Positions 1 through 64,000 of a stretch of 64,000 nt of DNA are shown one piece after another. Origin of the DNA: the human T2T-CHM13v2.0 reference genome, Homo sapiens. Below the pieces are notes generated by a model. The model was not told the DNA's origin and ran no database searches. It worked only from the letters and a program-made list of their open reading frames with translations. The position numbers and the translations under genes are program-made. The first letter of the stretch is position 1, and the number at the start of each line of letters is the position of its first letter. Location of the stretch: NCBI RefSeq assembly GCF_009914755.1, contig NC_060931.1; one strand, 5' to 3'.

Positions 1-23
1 AATGTAGTTAAGAAGTTGTATCT

Positions 24-324
24 GGCTGGGCATGGTGTCTCATGCCTGTTATCCTATCACTTTGGGAGGCTGAGGTGTGTGGATCACTTTAGGTCAGGAA
101 TTTGAGACCAGCCTGAACAACATGAGGAAACTACGTCTCTACTAGAAATACAAAAATTAGCCAGGTGTAGTGGTGTGTGCCTGTAATCCCAGCTACTCAG
201 GAGGCTGAGGCAAAAGAATCGCGAGAACCTGGAAGGCAGAGGTTTCAGTGAGCCGAGGTAGCACCACTGCACTCTAGCCTGGGTGGGTGACAGAGCAAGA
301 CTCTGTCTCAAAAAAAAAAAAAAA
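24..324 (+). mobile_element. Alu SINE
   Basis: Dimeric Alu consensus, poly(A), TSD aagaagttgta(t/c)ct. Confidence 0.95.
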
Positions 325-971
325 GAAGTTGTACCTTTAACCCATCTTGCAGGTTAAAACAAAAACACACCTGTTATTATCTGAAGAAAGATGAAAATAA
401 GGGGAAGTTGAAATGTCCTCTTTAAGTCCTCTCAATTTATCTTCCACACAGCTGTAGTTGTCATGTGATTCTGAAATTGTAGAAAACACTGAGGTGTACT
501 GGTCTTATATCCTGAAATGTAATCTTATTCCTTCCTCCCCTCTCGCAGTGGGAATGACATAGGAGGGAGTCCCTGGGTGTTTCTTCCTAACCTATTACCA
601 TGCATCTCATGTCTGCAGTCTCTCCCTGGCTTTGTCTTTGAGGAGTGCATAGGAAATGGCAGGACTGACATTGAGGGTTGGGCATCGAATGCATGAGGTC
701 ACTAGTTCGGGTCATTGATTGTCATCATCCATGTATATATGAAGAGAACAGTTTTTGGATGTTTTCCAAATGCCGGGAAGGTGTGCAAATTGCACTAATT
801 TCTCCTCTCATTCTACATTTCTCTAATAAGTTAATAACATTATTTAGGCCCTGTTCAGGCCGTCTGTCACCATGCAGTTGAAGTATTTGTGCGAGTTGCA
901 TTCTCAGTAAGTGCCTGTTTGCTGTCTTCTATATTTGTGTGGGACAAAGAAATTATATTTCTTTTTTATAG

Positions 972-14943
<13,972 letters not shown>

Positions 14944-15800
14944 ATTTTTACAGCAAGATTCTAACTAACTATGAATGACTTTGAAACTACTTATACTTCA
15001 TACTCATAAAAATTATTGTGTGTTGCTAATTTGTTCATACCCACTATTGGTGAAATATTTCTGTTAATTTTGTTATATGTTTTTTGTGTGAACCCTAAAG
15101 GTTAAACCTTAGCCCTGTGGGATAGGCAGTTAGGGAGGTGTGGAAAATCTATGCATTACCTTAATGTCTCTGTGTGGTTAGTATGGTAGTGACTGTTCAT
15201 CATATGACATTTACTGAAGATGAACTGGGTCCATGATGAAGTGTGTGTATGTCCACGTTTGTAATCATAGAATGGACCCCATTCTTTTGTTAAATACACA
15301 AGAGAAAGCTTTCTGTGACAGTTCCAGGTCTTGAAGCTAATCAGCATCTCAAGAAAGTATCCAGAAAGAACATCTGCTAGTTGGTTATAGGCGGTGGGAG
15401 GAATAATATACCTAATTGGTTATAGGTGGGGGGAGCATGATAAGCAAAGAAAAGGCAAACACAAGGAAAGATCAGATGAAACAGAAGATGATAGTAAAAG
15501 TGATCCTAAGTAAGAACATAATGTAAAATTGTCAGCAGCCTCATGGGGAGGAAAAAGGAAGAGTCAACTCACTTGAAGAAGAGGGTCTTGAGAAATCCTT
15601 AGCATAAAGGGCTACTGGTGAGATTGAGATCTGAGCAGGCAAAGCTCAAAAGAGAGTTTGGAGGTTAAAAATAATTTATTTTTGCAGTAGTGTGCTTTGA
15701 AATGTGTAAATCTTATTTCTAATGTATACAACCACATTTCACATAAAAATATGCAATTTATATGCCAGATAAAAATAAAACAAGTGAATTTGCAAGTGAT
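14944..15800 (+). other. MGAM: MGAM 3'UTR (~850 nt)
   Basis: Lies between the stop codon and the AATAAA at 15774; the end coordinate is approximate. Confidence 0.75.
15774..15779 (+). terminator. MGAM polyadenylation signal
   Basis: AATAAA with upstream TGTA motifs (~15705, ~15723) and a downstream T/GT-rich tract (ttttgaattttgtgctatttt). Confidence 0.8.
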
Positions 15801-17063
15801 TTTGAATTTTGTGCTATTTTGACCATGAGTAATCTCTGTTTGGGGTTAAGGTTCTTGTTTAGCAAACTCTTATGAATTTGTCTTTCTGGTTCTCTTCGGC
15901 ATCACAGAACCTACAGCCAAATCCACCAATAGGATGATAACCTTTATAATTATCCTTTTTCTTACATCTCTGCAAGGAGTCTTTTATAAGATGTGGGTTT
16001 GTGGAAGGGTCTATTGATTACTATTTTAATCATCATAGCAGTTGCTATATTTAGGAAAATACCAACTCCAGTAAAAATAGGAGTTGCAACCTTCTTGCTT
16101 AAAATTCTATAGGGTTAAAATGTGAGATAAGGAAATTATATATTAATGTTCAACAGGAATATTAACTTTTGATGTTACCTGAAAATGAGTTGAAAATGAA
16201 TGTGTGTGGAATGAATGAACCTACTTCTCTGTGTTTTCTTCTTTTCTTATAACCAGGAAGCCATTCATTCTCCCTGCACACTCATGTGTCAGCACCTGCA
16301 TAAGGCTAGAGACAAACAATATTGTTAAATCATCTAATTATCACAATAAGGGGCATTTGGATGAGGGCCTGAGCTAACTAGGAAACTGGTGAAATATGGA
16401 AAAGCAGCCATGGGAATCCTTTGATCAAAAAGGTGGGAAACTTGTCAGCTTTCCTCTAACAAACTCAGGAAGGCCACAAAGATGAAAACGTTATTTACTT
16501 GATATTTAAAAAATATTTAATGTTACCATCAAGGATATGTTGGTGGAATTTGGCTCTGGCTGCCACAAAATGCTTAAGGAGAGGCATTCTGACTATATAA
16601 TTCTGATGGCTAAGGCCCTAGTGAGGCCAGTGGGGTTTGGAGCACATGAAGTGTCAGGGACCCCACTGACAGCCTAGTGAAACCTACGGAATTCTTCCTC
16701 ACAACATTGTTTTTAAATGCATCAAGCAAAATGCATGCTATTTCAAAGAAAACTTATCATATTACGATACACTTATCCAAATATTAAAGATGATATAGTA
16801 ACCCATGAGATGTGTTTTTTTCATTATCAAATTAAATGAAAAGATCCAACAGTGGAAGTAACAATGCTATAATTTCAATGTAATGATCAACATCAACAAT
16901 ATTTTGAGATATCCACTACAATTTCATAATGTAATATGGAAAGATCTGTGATTGCATTATTGACAAACTCATGTGCTATGAAAACTACTGTGTTTTGTTG
17001 TCTACATTCATAACCTAACAAAATGCTAAATTTCAGCCAGAAATGTGTGAAAAAGAGATTATC

Positions 17064-17442
17064 TGTTGGAACCAATATGGCTTACCGGAGTTAACGCAGA
17101 AAGAGCTTGCTGACGTCACAGCCTGAATTTCCACCACAGGTTCTTACTAACTCCCTCCCAAATTTGCACATGAGACCCATGATGAGGCATGAAGAGATAA
17201 CTGTGCATGCCTGAGGACTTTCTAGATTTCCTCTTTCTTTTACCAATCACCTGCTAATCCCAGAATCCACCCCCTAAGTCTCTTCTGATAAAAATACTTC
17301 CTTAAAGCCAGCACAGGAAGACAGGTTTGAGCTGGACTCCTGTGTCCTGTGAGTCGACTTTGCAATAAAAGCTTTTCTTCGAAACCCTTTATCAGAGTAT
17401 TGGCTTCTAGCGCATCGAAGAGTGAGCCCTTTCGCTCAATAA
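17064..17442 (+). mobile_element. Solo ERV LTR (family not assigned)
   Basis: TG start (tgttggaacc), ~380 bp, internal AATAAA at 17364, LTR-like end (gagccctttcgctcaataata). Confidence 0.6.
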
Positions 17443-18419
17443 TACCCCCAGAGGTTGTTCCTCAGATCACAGTCTGAGAACCACCTCTCATGGAACCATA
17501 TCCATTTGTGGCCATCCCAGAGCAGCCCCTACAACATGGACCTATGCTTACAACTCCTGGCCAGCTATTCAGGAAGAGGCTGGGGGCCTTCCTTTTCCAC
17601 ATATGCTCTGTTTTTCAGATCACATAATTTTACTTTCTTCATAGGTGTGCCAAAATAAAAAAAATAACACTCTCAAACTCTTCCACTTAAATAGGAAGAC
17701 ATCTATTCCTTTCTTATTAATGTTATAACATTAAATGTCATATATACCTGCAAAGATAAGGTTATGTTGGCCGTGGCAGATGTCTTCAAGATCTCATCAA
17801 TATTTCTTTGTTCTTGTCATAGCAGCAGAGTCACTGAGAGTTTTGCATCTGGCCTTGGAGAAAGGTGTTCTGGAAGTTAAGGGTGACTCATATTACTAGT
17901 TTCTGATCTGATGATTCCAACCAGCAGCTTGCTGTGACAACTGTTTGAGTTCCGCCAATAGCTAACTTTGCCGTGCCTTGTTACCGATAGACAACTGGAA
18001 GATGTCGGGTCACGTGCTTGTCTCTACCCTTCAAAGTGGCTCTGTTATTTTCTCATTGGTCAACACCAGTATGGTGATTCAATATCTTCCAGTTACTAGT
18101 TAGCAAGAATGGAAGGTGAAGGTAGCTATTTTCTGCACTTTAGGAAACAGGTTATAGATTAGCTGAGCCTGTTGGTTACCACTATTAACATAAATGAAGT
18201 CACAAATGTGCATGGCATGTGGGGAGTTAAAGGTAAAATATCACACAAAAAATAGATCTTATGTAACAATAAAATCTCCCTTCTTGACCTTTTGCCAGGA
18301 TGTCTTCCCAATTTGAAATGAGATCTTGGTACATTTCCCCTCTAACAAAGGCCACCTTGTACTGGGGCAAATGAAAAGCTGAATATGTCATTCCAGCAGT
18401 TCATAAATGCAGAAACCGA

Positions 18420-18504
18420 GTCTCTCTTTCTCTCTCTCTCTCTCTGTCCCTCCCTCTCTCTCTCTCACTTTCTCTCTCTCTCTCCGTGTGTGTGTGTATG
18501 TGTG
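18420..18504. repeat. (CT)n-(GT)n compound microsatellite
   Basis: Read directly from the sequence. Confidence 0.9.
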
Positions 18505-18599
18505 CTTTTCCACATACTGAGCATTTGAAGCAAACACAAAAGATTCACTACTGTGAACACTGTTATTTACAGTTCTTAGGTGCCACCAAAAGAGCTCTC

Positions 18600-19215
18600 T
18601 GTACCCTCATATATTACTGGCAGGAATGGGGGTGTAAAATGGTGCTGCCACATTAGAAAGCAGTTTTGCAGTTCTTCAAAAAGTTAAAGACTTGTCACAT
18701 GACCCATGATTCCACTCCTAGGTATATTCCAGGCAGAATTTTAAAACGTGTCAGCTCATAGCAGCATCGTTCATAACAGGCAAAAAGTATCAACAACCTA
18801 GATGTATATCAGCTGATACATGCCTAAACAAAATGTGGTCTATCCATGCAGTGGATACTATCCAGACATGGAAAGGAACAGACACTGATACCTGAAATGG
18901 TGTGGATGAACTTTGAAAATATCATGCCAAGTAAAAGAAGCCAGACACAGATGGCCACATATTGTATTACTGCATTTATATGAAATGTTCACAATAGGCA
19001 AATCCATAAGGACAGAAAGTAGGTTAGTGGCTGCAGAAACAGGGGGAGATGGGAATGGGGAGTGACCACTAATTATTTTTGGGGGTGGCAAAAATGTTCT
19101 GGAATTAGATAGTGGTGATAGTTTCAGAATTTTGTAAATATATTTTTAAAAACACTGAATTGTATACTTTAAAAGAGTGAATCTTATGGTTTGGAAATTA
19201 TATGTCAATTTAAAA
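18600..19215 (+). mobile_element. L1M (L1MB-like) 3' end
   Basis: ccactcctaggtatattcc..aataggcaaatccata..aatgttctggaattagatagtggtgat..ctttaaaagagtgaat. Confidence 0.8.
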
Positions 19216-19699
19216 ATCCACTTTAGCTGGCTTAAGAAAAATTTTAAAAAGATATTGGTGACTCATTGAAACTCCGGTAGGACTAGAGAGTCAGGTTTGT
19301 AGGCCATGTGGCTAGGGACAAGCCCCAGGTTACCCTGTAGCGGTTTCTACTGCCACTGCCCTGAGCACATATCTGGCAGCTCGCAACCCCAAATACTGAG
19401 CATAGGATGCCACTAGGTCTCTTGTCCCTGCTGCCTCTGAAACGAGCTATGCTTCCAACATCCTGGATTTTACATGGTACCTCCTTATCTACACCTTCTT
19501 CTGGATGTAAGTCACTCACAGGAATATCTCATTCACAAAGCTCCAGCCACTTGCCTCTACCTTGGATGAAAGAAAGGCTGTGAAAGAGAATTTCTAGCTG
19601 TTTCTTTGGGGAGGCAGAATTTGGAGAAAAAGTCCTTAAGTTGATTTAAGTAAGAGGTTTTCTTTTTCTTTTTAAAGAAAGATCCTCCGTTTTTAAATT

Positions 19700-19880
19700 T
19701 TTTTCAACTTTTATTTTAGATTCAGGGTCTAAGATTCAGGGTGCATATACAGGTTCATTTCAAGGGTATATTGTGTGATGCTGAGGTTTGGGGTGTGATT
19801 GAACCTGTCACCTAGGTAGTGAGTATAGTACCCAATAGGTAGTGTTACTACCTTTGTCTCCCTCCCCACCTCCCCCATCT
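19700..19880 (-). mobile_element. L1PA (old primate L1) 3' end
   Basis: caacttttattttagattcaggg..gggtatattgtgtgatgctgaggtttgg..cacctaggtagtgagtatagtacccaataggtag. Confidence 0.75.
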
Positions 19881-19981
19881 TAGCAAGAGGTTTTGAAAGA
19901 TGCTGAGCCATCGAAGAACATGACAAATGTCCACTAGAGGCATCTTCCCACTTTAGGTTTGTATACATTCTTTCTCTTTTA

Positions 19982-20287
<306 letters not shown>

Positions 20288-20629
20288 TCACTATTTAGAA
20301 TAATTGGTGGAAAGGATCATTTGAATTAATGAAAAGCTGAGTTATACCAAGAGAACTCTGGAGGATGAAAATGGAGAAAAGAACAAAGTGATGAACTAAG
20401 AGCTAATCCTTCTTTCACTTACTTATTAAATAAATAGCTATATATTTAAAAAGAACTATGGATATTGGGCAGAGTGCTAAGCACAGGAGATACAACAGTG
20501 AAGAAGATAGACAAGACCCTAGCTCTTGAGCCCTTTAGGCTACATGTATAGATGAGGAAACATAACGTGACAAGTAATCAGATATGAACAGGGATACAGA
20601 AGAGGGACAATGAGTAGAAAAAAAACCAC

Positions 20630-20800
20630 CTTCCCCTTTTATTAACAAAAGGAGCTTTCATTCTGTGTCACATGGAGAACAAGTGTTCTTTTATGACCTA
20701 TTGGAATATGCACTCCCCTCCTCCAGTTGCTGTCAACTTTATAAGGCAATAAATTAATTGTGGCAGAAGCTGGCTACCTCAGCCCAGTTACCTTTGCTCA
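20630..20800 (+). promoter_or_regulatory. MGAM2: Candidate MGAM2 proximal promoter (CDX- and HNF4-like sites, TATA-like element)
   Basis: TTTTATTAAC 20637, TTTTATGACC 20689, TTTATAA 20738, GCAATAAA 20746 (CDX-type); TGAGCAAAGGTAA on the minus strand at 20788-20800 (HNF4 DR1-like); strong donor at 20859. Confidence 0.6.
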
Positions 20801-20858
20801 GTGCTCCCTATGAATTGCTGAGGGAGAGATACAGCATAGAAAAAAACAAGGTGATGCG
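20770..20858 (+). other. MGAM2: Probable non-coding exon 1 of MGAM2 (start approximate)
   Basis: GCG|gtgagt donor at 20859. The MGAM2 ATG sits directly after an acceptor (tctag|ATG, 25937), so an upstream 5'UTR exon is expected. Confidence 0.65.
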
Positions 20859-21047
20859 GTGAGTACGCTTCTCCATGCAAGCAGGGCTTTGAACAAGGGC
20901 AGGAAGGTCCCTTTCTTTTTGTGTGATTTTCTGTCTGCTGCTCTGTTAAGTGATCTGGATGCCCATGTTTTCCTTCTGGACTTAATATTTTCTTCCTTTT
21001 CCATAAAATATGAGGAGTGAGGATGAGATAGTTGATGGAGAGGAGAG

Positions 21048-21049
<2 letters not shown>

Positions 21050-21094
<45 letters not shown>
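21050..21094. repeat. (TG)~22 microsatellite in MGAM2 intron 1
   Basis: Read directly from the sequence. Confidence 0.97.
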
Positions 21095-21096
<2 letters not shown>

Positions 21097-22900
21097 TGTC
21101 AGTGTTTGGAGGACAGGTTGGGGGAGGTCTGGTGTGAGATCCTCCTCTCTCACTGGGAGAAATTAAGGACAGAGGAAACAGATGGGATCCTTCTGGAAAC
21201 TATCTCAAGATGGCATGGATTTGGAGGAAGGTGAATTCCTCCCAGCTTTGGGCAGGAAGGGTTTCTAAGTAGGCAAGAATTTCTACCTTTAGGAATCCCC
21301 ATCCTGTCCTCTGCCTGAATGACAATAGCTCCTAAGGCAGGAAAATACCCAGGGTTATTCCCAGAGCGTTCCTGTACTTCCTGAGCTAAGGTGCTGAACC
21401 TGCTCCCTCAGGAGGATTGAGGAGCTGTGGAGTAGGTCCCTGCTGCTGATTTTTAGAAGCTAGAAAGAAAAAAGTCTCCCTGTGGAGAGAAATAATACTT
21501 GCAGAAAGAGACCAATTGATGAATAATGCCTTTGCTGTGGTATTGAGTTGTGGGCTGTATGTATAAGAAACGAAGTTTGATACCATAGCACTCTTAGGGT
21601 AGGTCCTTCCTACTTCTTTCTCTACCTGAAATTCCACCATTGGAGACCGATCCTCTAAGTCTTTAAGCTCTGCAGCCTAGGATACATTGTCGAGAGAGTA
21701 TTCAAGTACTATTTTAAAAAGTAGCGGCTCTCGGTGTTTGTCTCAGTTCCACCACTAACCGTGACTAGACAAAATTTCTTAATATTCATCTATAAAATGG
21801 AAATCATGATATCTGTCTGATCAGCTTCAATGCAGGGATTTTATGAGAATACAGTCATATGATATATATTTTATAGGGATTAGAGTATATCTTTTAAATA
21901 ATTTAGACTAAAAGAGAGACAACTGATTAATTTAGGTAAATAGTAAAGAATAGTTAATAAACCTCAATTTTAATCCCAAACCTCGTGTCTCCAAGGGCTA
22001 AGGGTTCTTCCTAAATGCCTGTTGGCAAATTACCTGTAGGTCCTAGTTCCTTACCTCTATTTCAATATTAAAGTGCTTCTTTTATGGAATTATTACACAT
22101 TAACCTAAAGGCTACTGTAATTAAAAATTGAAGCTATATACCTATATAAAAATATTTGTAGAAATGGTCGTGGCATTGGGGAGGAGTTGAGAAGAGCAGG
22201 GAGGCAGGGAAATGAAAAGTAAGAGGAGATGCAAAATCAACATAAAAATAAGAGAGAGAACAGTCTTTGTCCCTGCTGACTTATATTTAATAGCTTGTTG
22301 CTGCATAAGTGCTGGTTTAGTATGGTGGGAATATGGGGAGAGGAGACGCTGAGCAGCTGGGGTTAGGACGTGCCATGAAGACCTTTGATCACAAAGCTAA
22401 AGGGTTTTTGGTTTATTCAGAGATCCATTAAAGGCTTGAATATAGGAGATCCAAATGACCCTGTTTGTGCTGGTCACTTGGGTAATGACCCAAAGATACC
22501 GGGAAAGTAGTCTGACTGAACTGTTAACTGGCTGTGAGAACTAACAGAATGAGAGGAATTAAAAAAAGATTCCTAGGTTTTTTTTTTATAATGTGATTCT
22601 ATTCCTCAAGTTATTAATTATTTGAAGAACAGATAATTTGGCCAAATTGGCAGGAACTGGGAGTGAGGTGTGGGGAGAGATGATTTCATGTTTAAACATG
22701 TTAAATCTTATTGAATCTGTGGGACATCCAATAGGCAGTTGAATATATGAATCTAAATCCCTGGGCTAGAAATACAGGTTGGATTGCCATCACATGTCAT
22801 ATAAAGTCACATGAGTGGTGGAGATTACCCAACGTGTCTGCGTAGTTTAAAAAAGAAGCCTATACCAGAATTTGGGGGGCATCAACATTTAATGAAATAG

Positions 22901-23303
<403 letters not shown>

Positions 23304-24000
23304 CTACAAAGAATATTGAAGATAAGCCAGAAATAGAGGTGGAAAGCCAAGATTCCTATCAAGGAATCCATATGTGGAAAGTTTCATGGAGGAGAAAGTG
23401 GTTAAGTGATTAAGACAGCGCCCATTGTATTCAGCCACTATGTCACTAGTAACCTCGGTGGGAGCATTTCCAGTGGAATGCAGAAAACACAGCCAAGCCA
23501 ATAACACATGAGGAAGGGAATACAGAAAGTGTGGAACTATCGTTTTGGAAGATTGGCACTGGAAAGAAAAAGAATGTTATTATGCTACCTGCAGAAGCAC
23601 ACAGAGTCATTAACAGAGTTTGGGGTGACTTGGGGTATATTTATGAAGGAAAGATATTCAGAGAGTGAATTTGATAATGCAAGACAATAAGAGATAATTG
23701 GTGGAATGAAATTTTTGAGAAATTCAACAGCTGTGAGATCTAGATAACAGATACAAGGATTATGCTTAAACAAGAAGAGGAAAAACTGTTTCATTGAGAA
23801 TAGAGGGGGAAAAATAAGAATTTACCTAGATGTGAATAACCTTTGTGGAAACGCTTGGGTTGAGAAGCAGAGAGAGAGAATAGTTTCTGCAAAATCATTA
23901 TTTTTTGGGTGATATCAGAGATGATACTGCATGAGAATAAGAGTGTAGGTAATAGAGTCAGGCCTGAAAAGAAGGATAGAAGGAACAATTTTTTAAATTA

Positions 24001-24296
<296 letters not shown>

Positions 24297-24535
24297 TTAC
24301 TGCTGCGAAAAGTGAGAGGCACTGTCAAGACCATCAGTCGGCTTGCAGGCCCAGTTTATTTAGGAGATTATGAGCCTCGGTGGCATCTCCCTTGAGTTAC
24401 GTGCGGCAGCACAGAAGGCAGATGTTTGGATGGATAGTTTCATCCTGCAGATTCTGTTAGCAGATAGAGAGCGAGGAAGATGAGAGCAATGGCAAGTTAA
24501 ATAATCAATACTGAGGCCTAGGTCAGTTAGGGTTA

Positions 24536-25177
<642 letters not shown>

Positions 25178-25936
25178 TCATTTTTGTAGATGAAGAAATA
25201 CAGGTCCAAATAGGTAAATAGCCCATCTGTTAGTAAGAAAATCAGGACAAGAATTCAACCCCTTTGATTCCCAGTTCAGTACATCCTCCAATATAGAAAA
25301 TATTTTAAATCTTGGGTCAATAAATGATCTTCGGGGTTACTGGGAGCCACGAAATTTATGTGAGTTGTTTGCTGTGAACCTCCCAGCAAGACTTATGCTG
25401 GGTATCAGGATCATTTTTGTTACCAGATCCTTGAGAGTGTCAGTGACGTTTAAACAGTCTCAACAGTGACTTCAGCATCATGTCCAGGGCAGTTGAAAGA
25501 AGAAGACTTGGATTCCAGTTTTGCTACTTTCTCTCTCCCTGAGCATACCTTCCTGTCTACTACATTAGGTGGATGTGAAGATCAAAGTGAAATCTAAAGG
25601 GTTTTGTGAGCTACCTCAGCCCCTCATCTCTCTTCTGTGTGTTATTCCACAACATTTTCCCTTCAGTTCTTCATGTCTGATATACTTTTCCTTGGACAAT
25701 CCTCAGTTCCTCTACATGCAAAAAAGGCAAGAGCTCTACAGGTGTTGGATGTAAAGCTAGAGTTAATTAGGGACACTGATAAGTGGAAACAAATATTCTT
25801 TAGATTATGTAAAGAGGATGCTGATAATCAAGGTCATCTTGCAAACAATTCCACATTTGGATACAATGATTATGTATCCTCTTAGATTGGTGGGGCCTTG
25901 TGATTTGTTTTAACCCAATTATCTGTGTCTATCTAG

Positions 25937-63956
<38,020 letters not shown>

Positions 63957-64000
63957 TAATCTACTGGCTCTTAAAGGGGATTTGAGGAAAATAGTACTAC

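Overview
Primate, most likely human, genomic DNA from the MGAM–MGAM2 tandem locus (7q34 by recognition of the encoded proteins). Both genes are on the + strand. 972-14943: the last 14 coding exons of maltase-glucoamylase MGAM, covering the C-terminal GH31 glucoamylase domain with intact catalytic motifs WI|DMNE and WLGDN and ending ...LTWISTL*. Its 3'UTR has AATAAA at 15774. About 5 kb downstream lie a candidate intestinal-type promoter and non-coding exon 1 (~20770-20858), then the first 16 coding exons of MGAM2 (25937-63914, 641 codons, all splice phases consistent, no stops). These encode a type II signal-anchor, a trefoil domain, the N-terminal beta-sandwich and most of the first GH31 barrel. 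The rest is intronic or intergenic: about 24 Alus, old L1/L2/MIR, MER DNA transposons, a near-complete THE1 element, a solo LTR, simple repeats and a 1-kb AT island. Most ORFs in the supplied track are spurious Alu or repeat translations. The strongest signal is in the N-terminal GH31 domain of MGAM2. Its reading frame is intact, but the active site is remodelled: nucleophile Asp->Glu (WIEMNE), two further Asp->Asn, Tyr->Arg, Trp->Tyr and Phe->Leu. It also lacks the Ser/Thr stalk and has a Glu9/Cys16/Asp23 heptad face in the membrane anchor. Together these suggest a pseudoenzyme, lectin-like or altered-specificity module (inference). A splice-created overlapping uORF and an in-frame MGAM->MGAM2 read-through junction are also possible.
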